From Octopus bimaculoides (lineage: Eukaryota): a stretch of DNA of 53,680 nt. The position numbers were made by a program, and so were the translations under genes. The first letter of the stretch is position 1. Each line of letters begins with the position of its first letter. The stretch is taken from positions 36,510,064-36,563,743 of the forward strand of contig NC_068987.1 of the NCBI RefSeq assembly GCF_001194135.2, given 5' to 3'. Under the pieces are notes generated by a model. The model saw nothing but the letters and a program-made list of their open reading frames with translations. It did no database searches and was not told the DNA's origin. Shown piece by piece: positions 34,121 through 46,949 of this stretch.

Positions 34121-37100
34121 GGGAGGTTACTTCTACATACAGCAGTATTTTGAATATAGCTTAGAATTATTTCATGCTATAACGAGCGACGAAATAAACA
34201 CGTCAGGTATACCCAAATACTATTTCCACACAACGACAGAATCTTACAGAGAACAAAAATAGAATCTGATATATGTACACAATTTATACATTGTAGGTCG
34301 TACGCTTTGGTTATTTAAAACCTAAAGTATTAATGCATATATTTCTCAACTCATTTCCCTTTATGTAATATTCACAGATTACTCAATATTACAAACAGAA
34401 CTCAGTGTAATCTACTATATTAGTGACATATATATGTTACTATATGTAAAGGTACGCTTGATGGGAACTACATCAATTAATGGACGCTATTTCTATTGCA
34501 TGTTCAATCTCATCACCGGATGAAATATCAATAAATGCTTGAACAATTCTTAATATATGATTAAAGAATGTGTGAGGATGGACTACATAAGCGTTTGTCG
34601 CAGCAATATAACTTCTATGCTATGAAATACGAAACAGTTTCATTGAGAGGTGAAAATAATGAACGCATGCATTAATATGCTAATTTAATAGTCTCATGCC
34701 TGAGTATTATAATTTCCTACTTCCCTACTTCCCTTATCCTAAATTTGATTTGTGAATATTTAAAATGAAATCAGTGCTTTATTGATTTCTCTTCCCCCAG
34801 GTATTCCATGTAGTCACACCTATGGTGGAAGACAGTCCAAATTGATCACCACATATATACATCTATATATAGAACTTCATTCTCCAGTGTTGCTTTTTAT
34901 TATGATCTTAGGGAGATTAGGCTTCTATTTTTCGGTTAGCAGAGCAATCATTAAAAGCTTGCAATCATTGTCCCTTAACGCCCCAAAATTTAATTCTCCA
35001 ACACAATCTCATTTTTCTTTTTTGTCAAGCTGAAGTTTAGGTCTCTATGTATCACATTTAACGTCATTGACACACAGGTTACTACTCTCTTTATCCAAAG
35101 CTAACGTCCGTTGAACGTGCTCTGTTAAACAGCTCAGAATATATCGAAGAAAGATGAAAATCAGCCAAGTAGCGGCTAGCAAGAACGCCAGATGTATTTC
35201 AGCCTACTTAAGGCTTATCAATTGCGTGCATTCGAAGCCATCCACATGCTTAGAAGAAATTCGTCGCATTCTATGTATAGGAAACATTCACCACTACTGC
35301 AAATAGCCGCTTCACTGAACAAAATATCCGGTATACGCAATTCAAGTAACGTTAAATCAAAATAGTCCTCTATGCATCCTTGTCAGGTAGATTTTCTCGG
35401 TATACGTCAAGAGAGAAAAGCTCATTGACATTCTGTGTTTAAAGAAACAATATATATTGAAGTGAATCTGTATGCAGTGTGGGCAAGAGGAATAAATATA
35501 TAGAGATCACAGTCAACGCGGAATGCAGGACCCAACATTTGCAGTCTGTTGCACTCTATTACTGTATACTGTTGTATACTGTTCATTTCCTAGTAACCTG
35601 AAATACATATTGCTTCTTGGTATCGTAGTACGACATTTCGATGACAAATATTTCTTTGCCGCTTCCATACTTGATAGCGTTTTGAAAATCTGGGTTCATG
35701 GAAAGCGTGCAACTGCACATAAATTCTGTAGGATGTCTAAAATGTTATCTGTATGACATAGACTTATATATTGAACGTGTTATCAACTGCATAAGAGTAT
35801 ATTTTTAGAAGCATCAGTGATGCCGATGGTCTATGTAAAGAAGCCAGGCGCGATAAACTTCATTGCAGTGACTCTTGTCTACCGCCTAGACAACTGAATC
35901 TTATTTTGGCATGTGGCTGGCTGTTATCACAGACTATGAATAAGCCCAACGTCACCGAAGTGCATTTGGCGATTTCAGTGGCCGCTACCTGAGGAAATGT
36001 TTGTCTTTCTCAGATATATATTGTGTTACGGCCACAAGAAACATTTTCTCTGGATGAATACTGCAGTAATTTACCTGTCAGCGATGTATACATGACCCTC
36101 TCGAGTTAATTAGCTTATCATCGGTTATATTTTCTAATTTGGCCCAGTGACTGGCAAAGGTCATGTTAGAACTCGTTACTCGAGACAAATCCAATGTAAA
36201 GTAAATTGAGAGAAATGTAACTGCATTTCAAGCACGTTCAACAGTCACTCACAGGCTCTCTATTTCCAGTGTGTCATTGATTTACATTTTACAAGAAGAA
36301 AATATGTAGGACGCGGTGTTGATACGCTTATCAACATTAGCTTTGCAAATGAAGTAGTTTGACCTCAAGATGTTAATCGATACTAGAACTCGGGCATTCT
36401 AATTCTTCAACGACCAACTCTTCACTCTAATTGCAATAATTTCAGAAGTAAAACAGAATGCTACTTTCAAACTAGAATAATAAACGGAAACCATTCATTG
36501 AATGTTGTTATCTACAAAACAGCACTAAACATTCATTCGCTACGTCAATGCTATCTACAAACCAGCAAGCACTAAACATCCATTCACTATGTCATTGATT
36601 TAACAACAAAAATATGATTATGCCATAAATTTCAAAGAATTGAAACGAAATTTTATCTTTTGAAATAATAATGTCTAAAGGAAAAAATCATTAAAATTAA
36701 TTGACTGAAGAAGCAAAGTTAATATATAATAAAATAGAATAAAATATAATAGAGTAAAATAGCACTTTGAAAAGAAAGAACGTTGCAATGAACAAGTTTC
36801 GTAATTATGATTTCTTTTGCTTCAAACAGATACTCATCAGTGTGTTATAACAATTGTCTTCATGAGTGAAATTGAAAAACCACATTGATATTAACTAGAC
36901 TGGGAGCAGCTGGAAGCAAACGAAGACAAAAGAGATCGAGAGCATAGTATAATGCATGCTAGAATATAACACGAGTTTCTATTGTGTTCTCGAAATAGCT
37001 ACCCCTCGCAAGGTAAATGAATGCGCCACCTTTTGAACGATGTTGTAAAATAAGTGAAAGAGCACTTAAAAGGTCACTCAGGTACTATCGTCTTAAACGA

Positions 37101-37993
37101 AAAGGATACCATTGAACATTATATTTCAAATTAAATTAAGGAAAAGAATGACTTCGATTAAATGTCCGATCAATCAGCAAAGATAGGAGGTTAAGCAACA
37201 ACTTAAAACCTTATTTCTAGTCATTATAAACCCTTGGGTATGCGAGTATTTTCTGTGAATATGCAGGCATTTTGAAAATACCTCTCGGAATAATGACCAT
37301 GCCCAGTATGGTTACGGGCTGGCCTTTGGTATTGCATAGCACTCATTCAGCCAGCCTGCCAGAGATACAGTGAAGTCATGGCCTGCAGGATGGATGATTA
37401 TAAATAGGTAGTGGAAGAGCTCAACTGAGCCAGCGGTGCTTCTTACATTGATGAATCCTAGATCAACGGTCAGGATCAACAAACACTCTCAAGAGAGTAA
37501 CTTCAACGCATCTACAGGGGTAGCATTCATAGTTGTGTAATTGCCTAATGAACGATTCCCTATGATTAAAGCTACCAATTCAAATTCATAATAAAGGAAA
37601 TAGATGGCGAGAGAAAGAGAGAGAGAGAGAGTCACGGGAATCCGCGAAAGCAGCAAAAAAAAATCTTTACAAAATCCAATTTTTTTTTTATTTTTTGAGG
37701 ATCAGGCTCAAAATACAAATACTTCTTTCATTTCGCGCATATTATTTGAAAAAAAAACCCTGATGTTCGATAAGCAGCATTTTATTGCTTCACATTTTTC
37801 TCTTGAAATGGTATTTTTATATTTTTCGAATTTAGAAATATTCTATCAAGTTTTTATTCACAGATATCTAACTGCAAGTAAAGGACGGCAAGAACGATTT
37901 AGAAGAAAAAAATGTTAATAAGTTAAAAACAAATGCAAAGCTCCAATCTCCATTGACGAATAACTGTTAATAATAGTGATTTACTTCAGCACA

Positions 37994-38817
37994 TACAGGG
38001 TTTAGACAAAGTAATGGAAGCACCTTAAAATTTCAAACAAATTTATTTTAATGTGGTGCAGGACCGCCTTTGGCAGTAATTACGGCATGAATTCTATGAG
38101 GTATGCACTCGCAGAAAGGTTGAATTGTTTCGAAAGGAATATTTTTGTCCATACTTCAGCTAAAACAGTCTCCAGTTTGTGTAGGAATGATGGTGGAGGA
38201 TATCGACTCCTTACTTGTTTTCGTAAAATGTACCATAAATGTTCAAGTATATTGAGATCTGGGACTGTGGTGGCCAGATAAGATGTTAATTTCACTAGAA
38301 TGTTCCTCATGCCATTCAGTAACAACTTTAGCTGTGTGAATTGGTGCATTATCATCATGAAAGATTGCGTTTCCCTTTGGAAACAGTTTCGCAACCATAG
38401 GATGAATTTGTTCAGATAAAATGCTTAGTCTTGACTATTAATTCTGCCATGAAGGGAAACCATTGAGCCGGCGGATTTACAAGATATCGCTACCCTCCAA
38501 GATCATCAAAGATCCTCCTCCGTGTTTAACAGTTGGGAGAAGGCAGTCTGGGTCAAATGCTTCTTTTGGATGTCTCCACACGTATATTCGGCCGGTGTTC
38601 GGAAATAAGGTAAAGGATGACTCGTCCGAGAAAATAACATTCTTCTACTGCTCTAGGGACCAATTCTGTAGGTTTTTACTCCACTCTAAACGCTTTGCAA
38701 CGTTTGTCTTTGAAAGTAGTGGTTTTCTGATTGCAGCCCTCCTGTGAAATCCGGCTGTGTGCAGCTCCCAGTGAACAGTTTTTGTGGAAACTGGGTTCTC
38801 GGTGTGATCATTAAGCT
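37994..38817 (-). mobile_element. Tc1-like transposon copy 2, 5'-truncated, same family as copy 1
   Basis: TA-CAGGGTTTAGACAAAGTAATGGAAGC terminus; colinear with 32683-~33500; VIFSDES motif. Confidence 0.92.
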
Positions 38818-39314
38818 AGTGCACGAAATAGGGAAGCAATTTTACTTTTAGACTGGTCATTACAGCAATTTTACGTTTAGACTGTTTATCACCCTTGAAT
38901 TACTTCGCCTTTGTTGACTTTATCAAACTTAACTGTTATTTCTCTATGGCCCATATATCAGCGTTTTACTTTTTCTGTTTTATTGCTTGTTCAATGGAGT
39001 CTATTGACTTGAGTGTAGCAAGCCCTGTTTACCACCTTGACACAAATATATCTACTGTATGTAAGATTCAGTCTAACCTTTTACACTCAAGTTTCTCAGC
39101 ATATACCTCGAGCATCACTGTTATTTCTAAAAATTGTCTCTTAAACAGTTGACAACATGCTTCATTATATTTCAACCTATATCATACAGACTTAATATTC
39201 GAACAGCTTACAGTTTTTATTCCTAATTTCAATTTCTATGAACACAGACTGTGAAAACACTATCCAAAATGGAAAGGACAACGTAACATTTGTCATTAAA
39301 AATACTATATGACA

Positions 39315-39721
39315 AGGCATGGCTGTAAGAAGCTTGCTTACCAACCACATGGTTCAGGGTTCAGTCCAACTGTGCGGCACTTTGGGCAAGTGTCTTCTAC
39401 TACAGCCTCGGGCCGACCAAAACCTTGTGAGTGGAATTGATAAATGGAGACTGAAAGAAGCCTGAGGTATGTACATGTGTAGTTGTGCGTGTGTGTATGT
39501 GAGTATTTGTGAGTGTGTTTCTCCCACTAACGCTTGACAACTGATGTTGGTGTGTTTACGCCCCCGTAACTTAGCGCTTGGCAAAAAGAGGCCGATAGAA
39601 TAAGTACAAAGCTCACAAAGAATAAGTCCTGGGGTTGATTTCTTCGACTAAAACACTTTTAGGTAGTGCTCCAGCATGGCCGCAGTCAAATGACTGAAAC
39701 AAGTAAAGGAATAAAGGAATA
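39315..39721 (+). mobile_element. SINE family A, full length
   Basis: GGCTGTAAGAAGCTTGCTTACCAACCACATGGTTCAGGGTTCAGTCC head, TTGGGCAAGTGTCTTCTAC body, tail ending AAGTAAAGGAATAAAGGAATA. Confidence 0.9.
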
Positions 39722-42700
39722 CCAAGGCACTACATGTATTTCAGGTTCCTAACATATCAACAATATACAATAATATTCTGCAAAACACTACAAATACTGG
39801 GTTCTATATTCCATGGTGATCTCCGATTATGACCACACCGCATCCAATGATTATGCCTTTGTGAGGTATCGATAATTTTCACCCAAAACAGCGGCCCCTT
39901 ACAAGCTGCAGTAACACATGGTTAGTTAACCTGAACCCAGTGCATGACTAAGATTTTATCGATTACAGAATGAGGAAGAACAAAACTGACTTCAGTGGAA
40001 TTCCAGCTCAGGACTTATGACAAGGAATATGGCATTCATGTATTGATGCATTGCTATAAAGTCTACCTTGACAGGATTTCATCTTTATATTACATAAATA
40101 ATTACTACTAACAATTTTGATATCGTTCTATAATTCTTGCCATCCATCATTGTATCGTTCTTGATTCCTAGAACTGAAGCAAGGTAACCCATTTTAGGGA
40201 GGTATATAGTTGCTGAGATTTTTCCCTGTACTTCAAGAATATTTAGGGTATTAAAACCAGGAGGATAACAAGTGAGGTCTGTTGCGGGAGGATTTGAACA
40301 GACAATATAAAGGCACATATCTAATTACCACAAGTAGCTCTTTCGAGAACAAAATAGTTTCAGCCATTTCCTGATCTTATAACATTGATTGAATGATAAA
40401 CTAGCTTAGGTATACAGCGAAATATAACGTTGCTTTAACTGTAGTTGAACGTGTACTCTAAGTCTTAATGAGTTCTCGGTTCACTATTAAAATATACTGA
40501 AGCTGAAAAATCTTCCGACCGGATGAATCTATAATCTGGCAGTGATTGTCATTTCTATTATACATTTTATGTTTTGATATCTATTTATATTACTAACTTC
40601 TTCGAAAAAGACATCAAAGTCATAATGTTACTCTCAGCTAAAAGTCTTAGACTTCCCTGCTACCAACAATTAACAATGAGTAGCTACTGTATCACGTCTC
40701 ATAAATACGGTGTCAGAGATACACAGGAAGTCAACCCCATAAACTGATATTCTGCTTCTTTTAAATATGTCGGAACGGTATTCTTTCTCGTTATGTCAAT
40801 CGAATCCATCAATCAAATATTCAACAGCGAGTGAACTACCATCATATGATGTGTGGAGAAAACGATTAACTGCCGTAAAAAGCAAGACTGGTTGTTATAA
40901 TAGCTTTGCTGAACTAAATGAAGCTACGATCTCTCATTAGTTATTGGAAAACGAACAAACAACATTTAAGCATCTGAAATGATCCCCTCTTTGAGAGAGG
41001 GTGAGAAATTTTGAGAGAGAGCGAGAGAGAGAGAGGGGAGGAGAGAGAGAGAGATGGGGAGGAGAGAGAGAGGGGGGAGGAGAGAGAGAGGATGTTAAAT
41101 CAACAATCAATATTGTAATATTCTTCCACATGGAAAGGATACCGTATCTGTGTCTGCTTCATTAACCTAAAATGTCGCAATCAATGCTGTTAAACTACCA
41201 GTTCCGTATCAATGGGAACAGATTAGAGCTGTGTGTATTGATCTCTCATCAATTCCAGCGTATTGATTCCCAACAAAAATCAGTTAATGTCGAGTTCTTT
41301 ACAACTTAAAAGGTTGAGTTTTATAGGAAAGCATCTTTTAGACGTTGGCTCAACTCCGGTTTATTGCTAGCGCACATTTCACCGACCCCAAAGGAAATGA
41401 AAAACAAGCTTATTATTCTTTCCCTTTCTCCTACGTCACCCTAAACCTATTAAATAATATTGATATCTATCTTGTGACCAACGTTGTTATGCAAAACCTA
41501 AAATCCATGCAAGCAGATAATACAACACAGTTTAAAGTTTCTCTTGACTCCCCCATCCACCGCAATACACAAACCTCAACAACCTTTTTTACCGAGATAA
41601 GAAGGAAGAAACCATTATTGATTTTTAATATTGGCACATAACCAAACATCTATAACCAATAGCTATAATCGATATGAATCGACTTCACTAATGTCTGCCA
41701 CTTCAACTCAAAGAAAGAGTGAGTGAATTTGTATTTGTGAGAAAATCTGTCTATGTGGGCGAATCTGTCTTTGAGTTGGTGTATGTGTGGGTATTTATGG
41801 GTGTGTGTGTGTTATTTCAAGTGAATGTGGTTCGGGGATGAATGTATGTGGATTTGTAAGTGAATGTATGTGTGATGTGTGTATAAATGTGCGCGCATTT
41901 GTGTCTGTATGGGTGATTCTGTGTATATTTTTAGCGAATGTACGTGCGTTTGTGAAGGAAAGTGTATGTATGATTCAATATGTAGATATGCGCGTGTATA
42001 TATCAGTGTGTGTAAGTTGGTGCTCATGAGTGAATGTGCAATAGTTTTTATATGAATGTGTATGTCTGAGTGTATACAGTTGTTTTTCTTGCGAGTAAGT
42101 GTGTAAGTGTGTCTGTACCTGTATGCTTGTGTTCGTGTAGTTTAGATTTGGGTTTAAGTGCGCACGTGTGTGCGCAGAAAGGATACTGAACTAAATGACT
42201 TGCAATATGTAAGAAAAACTAGAACCTAACAAAAATAAAGATGGTGTATGTCAAGAGAAATCAGTTAATAAAATTGCTAAAAATAATGTTTTTGTGTGTC
42301 CTGAGGTGATGTGCGTATTGACGTTACTCAAAGGGACCTTAATGTCAGGCACTTGCCTAAAAGTCAGATCTTGAATTTGCAATATTCAGTTTTGTATATT
42401 TCACTTTTACTTGTTTGGAATCAATAAAAAAAAACGCCACATATTTACTGAAATTTATTGAATCGACAATACACCACTCACTCAAAATTCGTCATATTTT
42501 GCTCATGTGAGGAATAAACAATTAGACATCATAGCTTTCGTTGTTATAAATGTCGAGGAAAGCAAACAGTTGGTCGATACGTGTCAGTTAATCTACGCTA
42601 CTTATACTTTTGAGAAATACTTGAAAATCATTCCTGCTTTTGCCCCTCTGCTCGTGGCTTCAAACTATGAGAGAATTCAACTTTCATTTCTTGTCTTAAA

Positions 42701-44173
42701 AGTTCATAAATAAGCAGCTCCATGGAAAACTTCAATGAGTAGGCATTCCAGATGAATAAGTAAAAATGTATAAACCAAAGATAAATAAGTAGACTCATGG
42801 AAACCACAACCGTGTAAGTAGACGATCAAATTCCATTGAGTCATTTAGTGGAGAATTCAGACTTCTGAAATACTATATGTCTTTGAAATTGTATATTTCG
42901 TATCAGTAATATCAGATTGCATTTTCATTGAAGATTACGTAATTATATGCAACTTACTAAAATATTTGTAATCATTTACCGATATGGCAATAATATGCAA
43001 CATTTAACGTATCCTTTTTGTTCAAGACGATCATGTGTGCTTAGATGTTTCGGCTAAACATCGAACCAGAGCATATGTAACATAATAGCACCACTTGATA
43101 GGATCCTTTAGGTCGTTTTTAAGTCATGTTTTATGATATCATGGCCCATTCAATTAGGGAGTAATGTAACCAGTTATAAGTGGCTTATCTGCTTTCGTTT
43201 GAAGGTGATGGAATCTTTTTCTTTTTTGATTTGTTTTAGGATGTTAATAGAACAGGGCCTGTTAGGAAAAGAAATATTATTGCAGTGAATTTATGTGTTG
43301 TGATCCTGAATCGTTTAGGGGACGTATGGCACGTGGCCCCGGCCTTGGATGAATTCTGAATCTAAAGTTAACCTCCTTTGGGCAGTGCTTGTGGTATTAT
43401 CTCCATATTTTGCAAATGATGTAGCGATCACGGCGGCACTGGAGAGGATAAAGTTTCAATATTTTGAGACAGTCCCAATAATCAAGATCATTTATGCCCC
43501 GAGAAGTTTGGGTTGCTGTTTATTGAAAGCTCATTGACCATGTTCGAGTTCACTTTAGTAGTTTCATTGTATGCTAATACACCACTCTGAAGTATATTAT
43601 TTTTGTTCCTAGTGTAATATAATGTAATATATTTCTATATATAAACTGTACTGTAATCACGGCTATTTATGACATTACCTGAGATAAGTGTCTTAAATGC
43701 AAACACTTTGCTTCGAATACCTTAAACTCAATGAAGATGGAAATGTTATATATTCCATTGATAATATAATTATGGCTATACTAAATTGTTATATCAGATT
43801 TGATCTAATCAGATTTATCTTATTTATAACATTCTTTTTTCGTCTGTAACCCTGCTTTAATTCCATTATGTTACAGATATTTGATTTAACCAATATATAC
43901 ACCATGCAATGTATAGTAATTGTAAATTGGTCGGTAAACTTTCAGATGGGAGAAGAACGCCTGAAAGATTCATAATACCATTAACATCTATAACTATTTA
44001 TAGGTTACTGACAATTTTCAATTATCGGTGCATGGAATTATAAATCTATAAGTAGTGAATGTATTTGTCTATGAATGTGCGCACCTCTGTGTCTACTTAT
44101 GTGCAAATATAGGAGAGTGTGTGTAAAGAAAGTTCACCGGAAAGGACACGCACATGTACAACTGTACAAGGAC

Positions 44174-44224
<51 letters not shown>

Positions 44225-44845
44225 ATATAAACTGCAACAGCAGTATACTGTATCAATAATATATATGACATAGTGCAGGCATTATCTGCTATAGAACTCA
44301 ATACGCTGGAAAGAGTGTATTGTGTGTGTGTATGTGTGGATTAGTGGGTTGTTGCTTTTACGCGCGCGTAATTATATATTGCATATCAATTGGAAGTATT
44401 CTTATAAAATAATGATATTTAAAAATCCAAAAGGCCAATATGGAGTTACAGACTTTATCAAGCTCAGCATTATCATTGGTACCATATTTTACTTTCACCG
44501 AAAGAATGAGGAGAAATTTCAGCATCGGCTGGATTGAAATTATATTATATAGTCGCAAATGTAATAGTAAAAAGTCGTTAAAGCATTGGAGAGAAGGATC
44601 TGATATGTTCTGTTTCTATATCAACATGTCTTCTATACTTTCGGGGCTGAAAAATAATATGCTCGTCTTAGAAGGCTGGTTGACTGAAATGTTACCGCAT
44701 CGGAAGCAAGTTTTTTAGCTTTTTGTCTCTGCGCCTTATGTATTTCTGCCAACGGCTGCGCCAATATATATTTCGAGTCGTATGGTCACTGCTGCTCCTT
44801 GGAAAGGATCGTTACGGATGGATAGTCTTGCAGTATGTGCAATTT

Positions 44846-45050
44846 TCTTTTATCTTATACTTGTCTCAGTATTTGACTACGGCTTTACTGCAGCACCACC
44901 TCAAAGGGTTTTAACCGATCAATGGATCCCAAGTAACACTATTTTGTGGATGGCTGTTACTTATTCCATCTCTCTTTTTGAATGAATGGTTAGATTACAG
45001 GGACGTAAATACACCAGCACAAGTTGTCACCGGTGGTAGAGCACAAAGAC
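44846..45050 (-). mobile_element. SINE family A tail half, degenerate
   Basis: TACTTGTCTCAGTATTTGACTACGGC...GGGACGTAAATACACCAGCAC. Confidence 0.7.
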
Positions 45051-45204
45051 ACAATAAAATGCACACACAAACACCCCGACCCACCCCATCCACACACACA
45101 CACACTCACACATACATAAACACTCACACACACACATACACATAAACACATACATCACACACGCACACGCACACGCACACATGCGCACACACATATATGT
45201 GTGT

Positions 45205-45330
45205 GTGTCTTTAGGTCTATGTTTGTCCCCAACCACCGCGTGATACTTAGTGTTTTTGTTGTCCTCTCCCCGTAAGTCAGTGGTTTGGCAAAAAAAAGAC
45301 CAATAGAATGAGTACCAGGCTTAAAATAAA
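45205..45330 (+). mobile_element. SINE family A tail half, degenerate
   Basis: TGTTTGTCCCCAACCACCGC...CCCCGTAAG...GGCAAAAAAAGACCAATAGAATGAGTACCAGGCTT. Confidence 0.7.
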
Positions 45331-45344
45331 CTCTGGTAAAATAC

Positions 45345-45807
45345 GAGCATCAAAAGTAATATTCTTAAGATTATATGCCAGGAAAAGTACAAGACAAGTT
45401 ATTACACCTGTAAAAGTATAGGACAAACTAAAGAATAAGAACCTTTTTACTTAAAATATTGCAGCAAAGAATGCTACTTCTTCTAATTTATAGTTCTCAT
45501 CTTTTAAATTTATTGTACAAAACAGTTCAGCTAATGTATATGTTTGTCGAATTAGTCACTTTTTTCTGTATTTAAGTTAGTAAATTAGCCAAATTCTACT
45601 TAAATAAGTATAGTGTTATTTGTAAACTATAATAAAATATTTTTTTTAATATTCACATTGTAATTTTAGCTGCAATATTTGAAGTAAAAAGCTTTTTATT
45701 CTTTACTTGAAGTAATAGTTTGTCCTATACTTTTACAGGTGTAAAAGTATACAGGTGTCCTGTACTTTTCCAAGTTTATAATCTTAAGAGTATTACTTTT
45801 CGTGCTC
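45345..45807. mobile_element. MITE/foldback element with ~125-140-bp TIRs
   Basis: GAGCATCAAAAGTAATATTCTTAAGATTATA / TATAATCTTAAGAGTATTACTTTTCGTGCTC; TACACCTGTAAAAGTATAGGACAAACT present inverted in both arms; no convincing TSD. Confidence 0.82.
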
Positions 45808-46267
45808 ACATGTTCCCATGTAATCCATGATTTTTCCAGGAATTGCTGTTATACGATAATTAATAATGTGTCAATTAATAATTTAGGATTTTAACTTATA
45901 AAATACTGAGTAGCGGGATACATTGGCTACTATTTTTAGCGTATCAAGTGACCATGTAGAGGGTCTTTCATTGGTCGATTGCGAGATGAGATTATTTTAC
46001 ACATATATGTATAATATGCATATATATCATCGGCAGAAATTAGAGAATAACTCAAAAGCTGAGAGTTTCGTGTATTGGCACTTAAACACGAATTTGTCCA
46101 TTGTCACTCTCTAACTTGTGACGAAATAACTTCTAAAATGCAAAATTTTGCCAAAAACGTTAAGAGTAATCCCGGTTGTATTTAACACATTCTACTAGTA
46201 TCGAAAGTTTCAAAGAGTTTAACGTTAAAAAATTATTTAGATATTCTGTACGTCAAATTGAATACAT

Positions 46268-46378
46268 CCGAAATGGCGAAACGGAAAAGTTGACTTTGGC
46301 GGAATTTGAACATAAACACAGGCGAAATACCGTTAAACAATTCGCCCGGCGCACTAACGTTTCTGCCAGCTCGGCACC
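46268..46378 (-). mobile_element. SINE family B, 5' part
   Basis: GGCGGAATTTGAAC...TTCGCCCGGCGCACTAACGTTTCTGCCAGCTC. Confidence 0.8.
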
Positions 46379-46913
46379 TAGGAGCGTAAATATTCATTTT
46401 AGCATTATATTCTTTATTCTTATTGCTAAGCGTTACTTCTTTCCTCCCTTACTTACTGACACGAAATTTCGTGGCATTTCATCCCATAACTTTTCTTCTA
46501 CTAATTTTTGTTCAATGCGACTAAGGACTCTGAATTCCTCATGCATTTTTCTATCATTTGAGTCTAAGAAAAGTATACTCTTATTTTAAAATTAACAAGT
46601 TTATGTTAATTGAAGGCGAATAGGTGCCTTACTGACCCCCTTGAGGTCGCAGATATTTTGATGTAAATTTTTTCTACTGAATCAAATCTCAAACTATTTA
46701 TGTCAAAGTGTAGCTGAGGAGGAGTCGACTTTAAAACTATTAACAGTTTGCAATTTAGTTGAAAACTTGGAAACAGCTGCGATTGACGAAATGGTGGATT
46801 AAAGAATATATTCAACCACTGGGGGTGGGATTCACAAAAAAAACAAAAGACGAAGGCAGGTGGTATAGACAACAAACATATGTATTAGTTTAACGCTCGG
46901 GAAGTGAAAGAGT

Positions 46914-46949
46914 CTGTAACGTTTCGAGCCTACGCTCTTCCACAGAAAG
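46914..46949 (-). ncRNA. Atypical minimal hammerhead-like motif, terminal repeat copy B
   Basis: CTTT-CTGTGGAA-GAGC(GTAG)GCTC-GAAAC-GTT-ACAG. Confidence 0.45.

Noticed and set aside
37399-37406. TATAAATA promoter element
   Set aside because: A single short motif in AT-rich DNA, with no associated gene evidence.
41345-41641. 98-aa ORF as a host exon
   Set aside because: It starts at TTG and has no recognisable domain or clear splice context.
46606-46875. FNPPF-containing minus-strand ORF as PLE RT C-terminus
   Set aside because: It lies outside the terminal repeat and only five residues match; chance cannot be excluded.
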